Positions 1-8,559 of a stretch of DNA of 64,000 nucleotides are shown one piece after another. This DNA comes from Candidatus Adlerbacteria bacterium. Lineage in GTDB: Bacteria > Patescibacteriota > Minisyncoccia > Phycocordibacterales > SBAW01. The notes under the pieces were generated by a model that was not told where the DNA came from, did no database searches, and worked only from the letters and a program-made list of their open reading frames with translations. The position numbers and the translations under genes are program-made. The stretch lies in the NCBI GenBank assembly GCA_043784925.1, contig JAYVXU010000025.1:22649-86648 (forward strand), in the 5' to 3' direction. The first letter of the stretch is position 1. Each line of letters begins with the position of its first letter.

Positions 1-45
1 CAAAAATATGCAGAGTGGCTTGGCTCCCTCAAACATTAGTAATAT

Positions 46-75
46 AAAACACCCGAGGATTTCCTTGGGTGTTTT
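46..75. terminator. Bidirectional rho-independent terminator hairpin AAAACACCC-N12-GGGTGTTTT
   Basis: 9-bp perfect inverted repeat at 46-54 and 67-75, flanked by A-run and T-run. It lies just downstream of the minus-strand gene ending at 117. Confidence 0.6.
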
Positions 76-116
76 ATAACTACATCTTCTATATAGGAGA
101 AGATGAGTGAAGAATT

Positions 117-374
117 TTATTCCTCTTCGCGGTTTGAACTGCGGGAAGAAGTATTTCCTTCTTCTGATAAGGATGAACTTTTTCCTCCGCCGTGAGATGC
201 TTTACCACCTTTTTGGCCTGCTTTGCGAGCTTCCTCAGAATCCCATTCGTGAGCGTTTCCGCTTTGATGTGCCGCTTTGCCTCCTTGGCTTGCAATTTCT
301 CGCTGCTTATCTTCGTCCATGCTTGCAAAACCTCGCTTATCACTATTATTATTTTCGCTGTTGTTATTTGCCAT
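117..374 (-). CDS. KGG-repeat general stress protein (YciG/GsiB-like)
   Basis: 85 aa, very hydrophilic, with repeated GGKxxxxxG / KGGK motifs (GGKAAHQSG, QKGGKASHGGG) typical of the KGG stress-induced repeat family. Confidence 0.6.
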   Translation of the reverse strand: MANNNSENNNSDKRGFASMDEDKQREIASQGGKAAHQSGNAHEWDSEEARKAGQKGGKASHGGGKSSSLSEEGNTSSRSSNREEE

Positions 375-496
375 AGTATTTTATTAGTTTGTTTAATAAT
401 TGCCCAAGCTAATAATTATCTGCGCGACCTATAGATAACTATACGTGAGTCAATATTAAGAAGAGATTAAGCTCAGGAAAAGACTTCACGAAAGCA

Positions 497-1093
497 TTAG
501 TCAAGCATTGTGTCTGCAAGCCCTAGTTGAATGAGTTCAGGAGGAGTGAGTATTGTTTCTTGCTCCATCATCTCGAGCACATCTTTTTGAGTGAGTTTGC
601 CATGAGAATTGTCTGATACAATTTCCGCATACTGCGAATCTTTAATACGGTCTTCCTTAGCCATCATTTCTAAATCATGAGCAGTCAACCTTTTAGTATC
701 TTCAAATACTCTTCCCGCCAAATGGAGAAGCATGGTGGTGTGTTTAGTTATAAAACGAGTTTCGCCCGCAAGAAAGAGAATAACCCCGGATGAATCAACG
801 TCTCCGGAGCCGATGGTCACTAGTCTGGGTTTTAAAATGACACGAACGGTGTCGTAAAAACTCATACCAATACCTGAAGGTCCTCCTGCTGAGGTTACAA
901 GAAGTATGATTTCTTTTTCTGGTGCTATGAGGAGTAAATCTTTAATTGCGCGGAGTGCTTTTTCGTTGGCGGTATTGTTGACGTTTCCGTAGTACTCCAC
1001 CATTCGGGCCGGAGAGAACCCAGGAGAACTAGTGGAAATGGGGTACAGGTCAGGTGCAATACTGGATTTATGGGTGAATTGTTTTTGTACCAT
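497..1093 (-). CDS. ClpP-family (S14) serine protease-like protein
   Basis: 198 aa. The motif VTSAGGPSGIGMSFYDTV matches ClpP INSPGGxVTAGLAIYDTM. IGSGDVDSSGVILFLAGE matches ClpP CIGQAASMGSLLLAAG. A histidine follows in MLLHLAG. Confidence 0.65.
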   Translation of the reverse strand: MVQKQFTHKSSIAPDLYPISTSSPGFSPARMVEYYGNVNNTANEKALRAIKDLLLIAPEKEIILLVTSAGGPSGIGMSFYDTVRVILKPRLVTIGSGDVDSSGVILFLAGETRFITKHTTMLLHLAGRVFEDTKRLTAHDLEMMAKEDRIKDSQYAEIVSDNSHGKLTQKDVLEMMEQETILTPPELIQLGLADTMLD

Positions 1094-1171
1094 TACTTCT
1101 TAGTATACGGACCTCAAAAGCACATGCAAGCTGGACAATAAATTTATAAAAAGTACATGCGAACTTTAAAA

Positions 1172-1765
1172 TTATGAGTTTTTCTTTGCTTTCCACCACT
1201 GAATGATTACCGGTAATGCAGATATAAAAATAATGAGCGCGATTATTGGATACAAATAGTGGTCGATGCCGGGAATAGTCTTGCCAAGGAAATATCCAAG
1301 CAAGGTAATTCCTGCTCCCCACAGGGTGCCCCCAATCATGTTGTATCGTAAAAAAGTTCGATAGGGCATTTTACCAACCCCTGCAAGAATGGGTGCAAAA
1401 GTTCGAACAACTGGAATAAACCTTGCGATTATAATTGTGGCTGCTCCATACAGAGTATAGTAGGCTTGAGTCTCTTCAAGGTATTTCTTTTTAAAAATTC
1501 GTGAATCTTTTTTGTTAAATAGCGCAGGCCCCACCTTTGCCCCAAACCAATATCCGACAGTGTCACCTAAAATTGCGGCTACCACTATTAATGTTACCAG
1601 CAAAACTATATTGAATTTCCCATCCGATGCTAGTAGTCCGACGCTAAAAAGTACACTATCTCCCGGCAAAAAGAAGCCAAAAAAAAGTCCTGATTCTGCA
1701 AAGATAAGCACAAAAAGGCCAATATAGCCAAACGATAATATAAGGTTGGTGAGCGCTCCAGACAT
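1172..1765 (-). CDS. DedA/SNARE-associated family membrane protein
   Basis: 197 aa, multi-TM, with the DedA signature FLPGDSVLF...G. Confidence 0.75.
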   Translation of the reverse strand: MSGALTNLILSFGYIGLFVLIFAESGLFFGFFLPGDSVLFSVGLLASDGKFNIVLLVTLIVVAAILGDTVGYWFGAKVGPALFNKKDSRIFKKKYLEETQAYYTLYGAATIIIARFIPVVRTFAPILAGVGKMPYRTFLRYNMIGGTLWGAGITLLGYFLGKTIPGIDHYLYPIIALIIFISALPVIIQWWKAKKNS

Positions 1766-1854
1766 ATACTTTGAGCCTAACCTACCTGTGCGTAATATAC
1801 AACAACACTCCTCTATTGTGGAGTGTTGTTTGCAGAGCGTTTAATAGGGTCGAC

Positions 1855-2925
1855 TTACGGTATAACAGTGATGGTGGTATAGCCTGTGATACCAGAGGTT
1901 TGTCCCATGAAGTGGTACATCTTGCTACCTAGAGCTGAGGGTACTGACATAGAACCAGTCGAGAATGAGCCCGTACTATTGGTAAACGCATCACCTACTT
2001 TTGCTCCATTCATCATGATTGACACATGTTCTTCGCGACCAAAATGGAGCATGACCATACCGTCGGTGTCATTTTTCATGTCCAGAGTTATAGTGCTGCT
2101 GCTCGCGTTCAGTGATACAAGGTTTTGTGCATCATTATTTGGAATGAGCGTTGGCGGAGTAAAACGGATTGTTCCAAAATGGAATCCTGTGGGCTGCATA
2201 TTTTCGGTCACCGTGATTATTGTGCTGCTTCCAGCGTGGGTCAGAGGAATGTCGTAGTCGGAAATATCCAAACAAGTGCTTGAGGAAATAGTGCCGTCCA
2301 TATTGACATCAAGGTTTACATTTGACTCGCAAATTTTATGTGACATAAATGTACCGTCCGTAAGAGTTTTTGTCGTGGTGCCATTCATCACCTGGAAACT
2401 ATAATTAGTACGGGGTGAAGAAACAGTGCCTGCCATAGCTTCATTTCCCAAAAGTCCAGTAGTTGGACAATTAAGCACAGTACTAGCAAGGGCGGCTATT
2501 GGTCCTTTTCCTGCTTCAAGACTTAAGAAGTCTGGAAGAGAAGTGATATTTGAGCATAGATGCTTCATGATCGTGATGTGATAGGTCATGGGCATAGTTG
2601 AGCTGGATGTAGTAGTTCCCGAGGATTGAGTCGAAGTGCTCATTGTACTAGTGGAAGTTGAAGAGCCAGTGACTCCATCCATGCCCATTGTGGTGGGTGT
2701 AGTCCCACTACTGGTACCCATACCCATGTTCATAGTGGTACTGGTCCCAGTGGTAGAAGTTGTAGTAGAAGCCATGCCCATGGTAGACGAGGCGCTACTT
2801 GTGGTATTTTGCTCAGCACGTGCCGACTGGGAATGTGTTGAGTTGAATAATACTAATGTGATAATAGCTAAAACTGCTACCGCAAGTATCAGTTGTAACT
2901 TTGTTCTTTGCTGTGAAGTAATCAT
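1855..2925 (-). CDS. Secreted or membrane-anchored Met/Thr/Ser-rich protein (MGM/MNM repeats), hypothetical
   Basis: 356 aa with an N-terminal TM/signal segment, then a low-complexity stretch full of TMGM, MNMGMG and MxM motifs, then a C-terminal globular region. Confidence 0.55.
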   Translation of the reverse strand: MITSQQRTKLQLILAVAVLAIITLVLFNSTHSQSARAEQNTTSSASSTMGMASTTTSTTGTSTTMNMGMGTSSGTTPTTMGMDGVTGSSTSTSTMSTSTQSSGTTTSSSTMPMTYHITIMKHLCSNITSLPDFLSLEAGKGPIAALASTVLNCPTTGLLGNEAMAGTVSSPRTNYSFQVMNGTTTKTLTDGTFMSHKICESNVNLDVNMDGTISSSTCLDISDYDIPLTHAGSSTIITVTENMQPTGFHFGTIRFTPPTLIPNNDAQNLVSLNASSSTITLDMKNDTDGMVMLHFGREEHVSIMMNGAKVGDAFTNSTGSFSTGSMSVPSALGSKMYHFMGQTSGITGYTTITVIP

Positions 2926-3088
2926 AAGTACTAAAGTTAAAGAATAATGTATACAGGCATTAACAAGTAATAACTCACACGTTGCGATGATAGGTTAAAA
3001 TATCGCATTAATAGTGAGCCTGTATATCAGTGCATAGCGGTAGCTATGTGATAGCGAGATGAACAAGATATGGTAGAGTGCAAATCGT

Positions 3089-3820
3089 ATGTTAGAGATT
3101 AAAGATCTACAGAAAAAGTATGGAAACAAAACTGCTGTTGATGGCGTATCCTTTCGTGTATCTCCGGGAGAAATTGTAGGGCTTCTGGGGCCCAATGGGG
3201 CCGGCAAAACTACCCTTTTTACGATGATACTAGGAGTGCTGGAACCAACAGGAGGGAGAATTAAAATCAATGGTTTTGACCTCTCTACAAGTCGGGCACA
3301 GGCCTTGGCGCAAGCAAATTTTGTTGCAGTATATGCACAACTTCCCGGCAACCTTACCATAGTCCAGAATCTTCGTGTTTTTGGTATGCTCTATAGTGTC
3401 GAACATCTTGAGGATCGTATTAAAGAAATGCTAGAAGAATTTGACCTTACTTCGTATGCGCATACTAAATGCGGCGTACTTTCGTCAGGTGAGCAAACTC
3501 GCGTAGGTTTAGCAAAAGCGTTTTTAAGCTCACCCAAAGTACTACTTTTGGACGAACCCACGGCATCCTTGGACCCAAGTACTGCACAAATAGTGCGAGA
3601 AAAAATTAAAGCTTACGCTGCAAAAGGGGACCGATGTGTTTTGTGGACATCGCACGCAATGCATGAGGTTGTAGATGTGTGCGACCGTGTTATTTTTTTA
3701 TCCAAAGGCAAAACACTGCTGGAAGGGGACCCAAAAACACTTCCAAAGGAGTATGGAAAGGAAAATTTAGAGGCACTCTTTATCGCAGTTGCTCGTGAAC
3801 CTCTTTTTCTTACACAATAA
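3089..3820 (+). CDS. ABC transporter ATP-binding protein
   Basis: Walker A GPNGAGKTT, ABC signature LSSGEQTR, Walker B LLLDEPTASLD. Confidence 0.9.
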   Translation: MLEIKDLQKKYGNKTAVDGVSFRVSPGEIVGLLGPNGAGKTTLFTMILGVLEPTGGRIKINGFDLSTSRAQALAQANFVAVYAQLPGNLTIVQNLRVFGMLYSVEHLEDRIKEMLEEFDLTSYAHTKCGVLSSGEQTRVGLAKAFLSSPKVLLLDEPTASLDPSTAQIVREKIKAYAAKGDRCVLWTSHAMHEVVDVCDRVIFLSKGKTLLEGDPKTLPKEYGKENLEALFIAVAREPLFLTQ

Positions 3821-3822
3821 CT

Positions 3823-4623
3823 ATGAATATAAACCGTATTACTGCTTTATGTCTTCGACAGTGGTATCTCATACGAGACAACCCAACGCGACTTATACAA
3901 ATTTTTGGTTGGGTGTTTTTTGATATCCTACTCTGGGGCTTTTTAAGTCAGTATCTGTCCCATTTGGTCGGAGGTGACCAGACGTTTACTCCACTATTTT
4001 TAGGGGGCGTGTTGGTGTGGTATTTTTCGACCCGTGTTATGCATGGCATAGCAACCGCTTTTTTTGAAGATGTGTGGGCACAAAATTTCTTTAATCTTTT
4101 TGCCTCCCCCCTTGGTTTAGGAGAGTATGCGTTGGCGCTTGTTGCCACAGGCATGGCAACAAGTGTCATTGGCCTTTTGTTTATGATCGTAATTGCAAAA
4201 GTATTTTTCGGATTTTCTATCCTCGCCTATGGGATATACGTAATACCCCTACTTTTGATTTTGTTTTTAAATGGAGTAGCACTTGGTATTTTTGCAGCAG
4301 CATTGGTGCTACGCTTTGGTCCTGCTGCAGAATGGTTTGTGTGGCCAATTCCGGAGATGTTGTCTCCGCTTGTGGGCGTTTTTTACCCGGTAGCAGTTTT
4401 GCCTTTTTGGATGCAGGGAATGTCTCGAGCCCTGCCTCCCACCTATGTATTTGAAAATATTCGAACAATTGTAACAGGAGGGCAGGTATCTACCCCGAGT
4501 TTACTCCTGGCTTCGGTCTTGGGGATTATCTATTGCGCCGTCTCCTACCTTTACTTTGCCCGGGTATATCGTTTGGCGGTTAAAAATGGACTTATTGCGA
4601 GATATAGTTCAGAAAGTTTTTGA
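3823..4623 (+). CDS. ABC-2 family transporter permease
   Basis: 266 aa, six predicted TM segments, starts 3 nt after the upstream ATPase gene (operon). Confidence 0.8.
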   Translation: MNINRITALCLRQWYLIRDNPTRLIQIFGWVFFDILLWGFLSQYLSHLVGGDQTFTPLFLGGVLVWYFSTRVMHGIATAFFEDVWAQNFFNLFASPLGLGEYALALVATGMATSVIGLLFMIVIAKVFFGFSILAYGIYVIPLLLILFLNGVALGIFAAALVLRFGPAAEWFVWPIPEMLSPLVGVFYPVAVLPFWMQGMSRALPPTYVFENIRTIVTGGQVSTPSLLLASVLGIIYCAVSYLYFARVYRLAVKNGLIARYSSESF

Positions 4624-4625
4624 TG

Positions 4626-4654
4626 TTGACAAAAATTGTTTTGTTTGCTAATGT
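4626..4654 (+). promoter_or_regulatory. Sigma70-like promoter (TTGACA-17-TAATGT)
   Basis: -35 TTGACA at 4626-4631, 17-nt spacer, -10 TAATGT at 4649-4654, 7 nt before the ATG at 4662. Confidence 0.5.
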
Positions 4655-4661
4655 GTAGTCT

Positions 4662-4868
4662 ATGGAGAAAAAAGAAATAGCGAAGCCAGCTATACCGGAG
4701 AAGCGTCATTCGCCCCTTCGGGAACCGCGAAAGACCTTCCAGCAAGACGGACACTGGATAGAGAAGCCGGAAAAAACGGCTATTTTGATCTGTGTGTGCG
4801 GCAATAGATATCTCAAAACAAGGCGCAATCAGCTCTTGTGTTTGCGTTGTGTTTCTCTCTCAAAATAG
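4662..4868 (+). CDS. Small Cys-containing protein (CxC...CxxC, possible zinc ribbon), hypothetical
   Basis: 68 aa with CVCGNRY...CLRC. A canonical promoter lies immediately upstream. Confidence 0.4.
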   Translation: MEKKEIAKPAIPEKRHSPLREPRKTFQQDGHWIEKPEKTAILICVCGNRYLKTRRNQLLCLRCVSLSK

Positions 4869-4917
4869 GCCTTGTGCTATAGTAGTTGGGTACTAAATCT
4901 AACTCAAGAAAAAAGGT

Positions 4918-5469
4918 ATGAAAACATCGACAATGGTCTGGGTGCTTATAGTTGTGCTGGTGGCTCTTATGCTCGGGTTTTACGTTTGGAACCAAGGAAG
5001 CGCTTCAACGATAGTGCCAACAGCTCAAACCGAGCCTACAGCCGAGGTATCTCCAACCGGTCAGACGCAAGTCAACACAAACCCAAACGGTGCTAATTAT
5101 CAGTCCGCACCAACGACTACGGAGGCCAGCACCTCAGTTTCGACCGATACCTCAAAACTTCCGATGACGGCGAAGGTTACGTATGATGGGAAAAATTTCT
5201 CTCCTACAAATGTCACTATTGCTAAGGGAGGCACTGTTACCTTTACGGACATTGCGGGAAGTAAAATGTGGGTAGCCGCCGATCCTCACCCATCACATAC
5301 AAACTACGACAATACGACTCGCGCTCAGCATTGTGCGACGGGTGCTACAGCATCGTTTGACCAGTGTGCCCCTTCTGCCTCATACACATTCACGTTTAGT
5401 AAGGTTGGAGCATGGAGTTATCATGACCATATGAATGCTGTTGCAGAGGGTATGATTACGGTCAAATAA
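4918..5469 (+). CDS. Membrane-anchored cupredoxin-like (blue copper) domain protein
   Basis: 183 aa with an N-terminal TM and a T/S-rich linker. The C-terminal domain has His...Cys...His...Met spacing (PHPSH ... DQCAP ... YHDHMNAVAEGMITV) typical of plastocyanin/amicyanin-type copper sites. Confidence 0.45.
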   Translation: MKTSTMVWVLIVVLVALMLGFYVWNQGSASTIVPTAQTEPTAEVSPTGQTQVNTNPNGANYQSAPTTTEASTSVSTDTSKLPMTAKVTYDGKNFSPTNVTIAKGGTVTFTDIAGSKMWVAADPHPSHTNYDNTTRAQHCATGATASFDQCAPSASYTFTFSKVGAWSYHDHMNAVAEGMITVK

Positions 5470-5509
5470 GACAGAGCTGCAGTGAACTAAGTTTAAAAGA
5501 ACATAAAAA

Positions 5510-5534
5510 GTCGCTCTCAGTCGAGCGACTTTTT
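5510..5534 (+). terminator. Rho-independent terminator
   Basis: GTCGCTC-TCAGTC-GAGCGAC hairpin followed by TTTTT. Confidence 0.7.
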
Positions 5535-5577
5535 ATGTTGTATAAAATATTAAACAGCCATTCCGTACTGTATACTA

Positions 5578-6549
5578 GTGAACACAATGGATGAGTCTTT
5601 AGGGGCGATGTTTAAACAAAATAAGGGGTTAGGAATGCTCTGTCTCGGACTTCTAGTATTTTTGTCGGGTGCTCTTCTTGTATGGAAATATCAGAATAAT
5701 CCGCTCATGGCCCGCCTGTTGGGAAAAAATGTACACATGGTCCCAAAAAGCAGTGCGAAACTTATAAGCCAGGCTACGTATACGTGCAAGGAAGGAAAGA
5801 CAATAGGAGCATCGTTTTTTGAACCAGACAGTGGGGAAGTAGACTCCAAAGGGAGTGTCATCCTGAGTTTACAAGATGGTAGGTCTCTGACTCTGCTCCA
5901 CGCCCAATCAGGTTCGGGAGCACGGTATGCAAACTCGGACGAAAGCTTTGTTTTTTGGAATAAAGGGAACACTGCGTTTATTCAAGAAGGAATCCCCGCT
6001 GTCGAAACATACTCAGGATGTGTCGCGGCAAGTCATGTGGCCGGCAGCGAAAATTGGCAAGTTTTCTCTCCCACTAATCAAGCGTGGTCGGTGAGGTACC
6101 CTCCCCAGTATCAGCTGAAAAAGGATTATATTTTTGAAAGTTTGCAGGGTGCATCGTCTTCAGTGCCAGGGGTTAAGTTTGCAATACCCGCCAGTCTATA
6201 CCAAGGTACAAACATGTCGGGGTTTGACACCGGGGTCTCGGTCGAGCAGTGGACGGGCTCATCAACCTGCCTTGCGACAATTTTTTTGTCTGACCAAGTT
6301 GCAGAAAAAACAATAACCGACATGAATGTTGAGTATTCAGTAGCAACATTTAGTGATGCTGGAGCAGGCAACTTTTATGAGCAAAAAGTGTATGCTATCA
6401 AAAACTCAAATCCTTGCACCGCAGTTCGATATTTTATCCACTCCACCAACATTGGCAATTATTCTAAAGGGGCTGTGCAGGCCTTCAATAAAGAGGCTCT
6501 GCTGGCTCAGTTTGATACAATCCGTGAGTCTCTCATATTGGCACAATAG
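5578..6549 (+). CDS. Membrane-anchored protein with MliC-like (lysozyme-inhibitor) domain
   Basis: 323 aa with an N-terminal TM. The segment YTCKEGKTIGASFF...SLTLLHAQSGSGARYANSDESFVFWNKGNTAFIQEG matches the MliC family pattern (C...SGSGA.Y...F..KG..A). Confidence 0.5.
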   Translation: MNTMDESLGAMFKQNKGLGMLCLGLLVFLSGALLVWKYQNNPLMARLLGKNVHMVPKSSAKLISQATYTCKEGKTIGASFFEPDSGEVDSKGSVILSLQDGRSLTLLHAQSGSGARYANSDESFVFWNKGNTAFIQEGIPAVETYSGCVAASHVAGSENWQVFSPTNQAWSVRYPPQYQLKKDYIFESLQGASSSVPGVKFAIPASLYQGTNMSGFDTGVSVEQWTGSSTCLATIFLSDQVAEKTITDMNVEYSVATFSDAGAGNFYEQKVYAIKNSNPCTAVRYFIHSTNIGNYSKGAVQAFNKEALLAQFDTIRESLILAQ

Positions 6550-6592
6550 ATTTACCATTTTTAGTCGCCTTACTTTTGTATATAGTAGTGTG

Positions 6593-6970
6593 ATGTACGG
6601 TAGGCGAAATCGAAAACAATATTTGAAATTGCGTGAAGAAGCACGTCAATTGGTCAAGGCAAGAATTACCTACTATAACCAGCACTACCAAGTGCCCATC
6701 AAAAAAATTTTTATTAAAAATCACAAGTCACGGTGGGGAAGTTGTAGCCAAAAAGGAAACCTTAATTTCAATTACAAAGTAGTGCTTCTGCCTCCCATAC
6801 TTACCGACTACATTGTGGTCCACGAGTTATGTCATCTTAAGGAATTCAACCACTCGAAAAAGTTTTGGGCAAAAGTTGCTGAAACCATCCCAAACCATGT
6901 TGAGCTACGCCTGGAACTTCGCCGCCTGGAGCGTATAAAAATTGCCCAGACGAGTGTGTTGCGTAGCTAA
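6593..6970 (+). CDS. Short DUF45/YgjP/SprT-like HExxH metallopeptidase
   Basis: HELCHLKEFNHSKKFWAKV is the DUF45 zinc-hydrolase motif. The track start at 6353 lies inside the upstream gene, so I use the ATG at 6593 after the upstream stop at 6549. The protein is unusually short (125 aa) for this family. Confidence 0.5.
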   Translation: MYGRRNRKQYLKLREEARQLVKARITYYNQHYQVPIKKIFIKNHKSRWGSCSQKGNLNFNYKVVLLPPILTDYIVVHELCHLKEFNHSKKFWAKVAETIPNHVELRLELRRLERIKIAQTSVLRS

Positions 6971-7025
6971 GCTCGTTTGTATCTGATACTCTAGACGTAC
7001 TATTACTTACCCCAATGTACCCACT

Positions 7026-7313
7026 ATGGACCTCAATAAAGTACCAAAGCAGTTTTGTGAAAATGTAGTAATTGGGTTGTCGCAAGAGTTGTTTGTGATG
7101 GGTATGCTCAACGGAGAGGGGGGCTCTTTTTTTGCTCTTACTCCTCAACACATGAAGCGACTGTCTCAGTACTTAACGCACCAAATTGCAGAATACGAAA
7201 AAAACTTTGGTCCCATAAACGCACAGTGGACCCCGTTTGTGCAAAGCCCTATCCAAACCAAAGACTTAATTGGCGAAGAAGACACCGACGAAGACGAAGA
7301 ACTGTCGGGGTAA
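7026..7313 (+). CDS. DUF3467-like small protein
   Basis: 95 aa. The pattern ELFVMGML ... LTPQHMKRLSQYLTHQIAEYEKNFGPI resembles the DUF3467 consensus (FVLDF ... LSPEHAKRL ... YE..FG.I). Acidic C-terminal tail. Confidence 0.45.
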   Translation: MDLNKVPKQFCENVVIGLSQELFVMGMLNGEGGSFFALTPQHMKRLSQYLTHQIAEYEKNFGPINAQWTPFVQSPIQTKDLIGEEDTDEDEELSG

Positions 7314-7319
7314 TACTTT

Positions 7320-7598
7320 CTACTCAAACTCAGGGCTCCCGACTTTTTTGTGGTTTCGCATTTGCGAAAGAGGCATGTTGGGGTCGGTGTAATGGCGCAA
7401 TACGTGATAGGCCACGTATGCAAAAACTGCAAAAATAATTGCCCCCAGGCTCCATATAAAAAGTGCAATACTTAAGCGCAGAATTGGGTTAGTGGTGGTC
7501 TGCTCAACATTGGTGGCATACATTGCAAGCCAAACAAGTCCCACAAAAAGCCCCAGCCCACCCAATGCTACCGCAATACCTCCCAAAATTTGCTTCAT
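7320..7598 (-). CDS. Small membrane protein, hypothetical
   Basis: 92 aa with 2-3 TM helices, convergent with the upstream + gene. Confidence 0.45.
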   Translation of the reverse strand: MKQILGGIAVALGGLGLFVGLVWLAMYATNVEQTTTNPILRLSIALFIWSLGAIIFAVFAYVAYHVLRHYTDPNMPLSQMRNHKKVGSPEFE

Positions 7599-7780
7599 AC
7601 ACCTGTAGTATATGTTACCTCAATCTCTTTTTCTATATAGAATTACAATTGTCGGGAGCCTATTAAATCGTATTAGAACCTGTTTGGCGTATGGAGGAGT
7701 ATATAATTTTTGCTATTTCGATTTTACTGAGAGGGTTCTGAAGCCACTGGAGAGGGAAGCACAGGAAAAGATTAGAACCT

Positions 7781-7820
7781 AAAAGAAAAGAGCGCCCGCC
7801 GGTCAAAACCGTGGGCGCCC
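7781..7820 (-). terminator. Rho-independent terminator (minus strand) ending the GC-rich island
   Basis: Minus-strand read GGGCGCCCACGG-TTTTGA-CCGGCGGGCGC followed by TCTTTTCTTTT. Lies 27 nt after the stop of ORF 7847..8053. Confidence 0.65.
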
Positions 7821-7846
7821 TTATGACTCTGTTCGAGGATCGTTGC

Positions 7847-8053
7847 TTAGGCGGCGATGTGCAGCTTCGTCTCCTTGTGCTGACGCACTGCCATGCCGAG
7901 AGCCGCGATCGCCGTGACCATCTCGAGCACTTTCCACGCCGGCAACTCGACTATGACGTTGGAGCGACCGCCCGTGTCCTTGGACGATGTGTTGGTGAGG
8001 CCGTCGAGTGCAGAGAGTAATGTGCGGTTGCTTTTTCTGCAGAAGGGATTCAC
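7847..8053 (-). CDS. Anomalous GC-rich small ORF (68 aa, GTG start), hypothetical; possibly foreign fragment
   Basis: Local GC is about 60% against about 42% nearby. GC3 is strongly biased in the minus frame (about 80%). The ORF ends ...KLHIAA and is followed by a strong terminator. No recognisable family. Confidence 0.3.
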   Translation of the reverse strand: MNPFCRKSNRTLLSALDGLTNTSSKDTGGRSNVIVELPAWKVLEMVTAIAALGMAVRQHKETKLHIAA

Positions 8054-8212
8054 TGAACTAGTCCAAACAGAGCGATTGATAAAATCTATATACCAGGAGA
8101 CGGTGAGAGCTTGTCGCGAGTACCTACCAGCTTAAAATGTAGGCTCTCGATTAAATCAGAACGGTTCTCTGAGTCACTCAGACTTATGCTAAAGCATCCT
8201 TGGCTTGTTACT

Positions 8213-8383
8213 TGCCAGGCGTGGTCAGGGTTTTGCCACCAAACCTTGACTATAGAGGTTTCCCGCGTTGTAGGTGTCAAAGGAGTCACTAAAAGGGGAG
8301 GCTGCCTGAGCGGCAATAGGTAAACCAAACGTAACCAACAAACCAAAAAGGATACTTATGCTTGTATATAAAAAATTTTTCAT
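8213..8383 (-). CDS. Small secreted peptide (55 aa) with signal peptide, hypothetical
   Basis: MKNFLYTSISILFGLLVTFGLPIAAQAA signal peptide then 27 aa. Below the 60-aa ORF-track cutoff. Sits upstream of the GC-rich island. Confidence 0.3.
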
Positions 8384-8499
8384 GGCCGAACCCTACCACA
8401 GCTCACGTAAAAAACAGATTGACGTCGCGGATCTTTCGATACGTAACCTCTTTTAGCTCGCTGTCATTCCATTTTTAAGGATGTATGCTCCAGTATCTT

Positions 8500-8519
8500 A
8501 TACACATCAATTTGTGTAT
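8500..8519 (+). promoter_or_regulatory. Candidate LexA operator (ATACACA-N6-TGTGTAT) in lexA promoter region
   Basis: Perfect 7-bp inverted-repeat arms with a 6-bp spacer 40 nt upstream of the lexA ATG. Extra half-sites TGTGTAT at 8522-8528 and ATACACA at 8554-8560, the latter overlapping the start codon. Confidence 0.4.
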
Positions 8520-8559
8520 CTTGTGTATATTTTCATAAAACTATGCTATATTTATACAC

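Noticed and set aside
1068-1322. 84-aa minus ORF spanning the ClpP-like and DedA intergenic region
   Set aside because: It overlaps both flanking real genes in other frames and is Cys/Ile-rich junk.
6353-6592. Track start (6353) for the DUF45 metallopeptidase ORF
   Set aside because: The first 240 nt overlap the preceding MliC-domain gene in another frame. The first ATG after that gene's stop is 6593.
8086-8346. 86-aa minus ORF (track) as a real gene
   Set aside because: It overlaps the 55-aa signal-peptide ORF in another frame and runs through the stop-rich spacer. It is more likely a fortuitous frame. A frameshifted single gene remains possible but is unsupported.
7781-8400. tmRNA (ssrA), suggested by the GC-rich sequence, an ORF ending in ..IAA* and a possible GCA resume codon
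   Set aside because: No tRNA-like T-arm (GGTTCGAATCC-type) or CCA-adjacent acceptor strand on either strand. Only about 65 nt lie between the putative tag stop and the terminator, too short for PK2-PK4 plus the T-arm. I also could not find the RNase P (GGAAAGTCCGGGC) or SRP (GGAAGGAAGCAGCC) conserved motifs.
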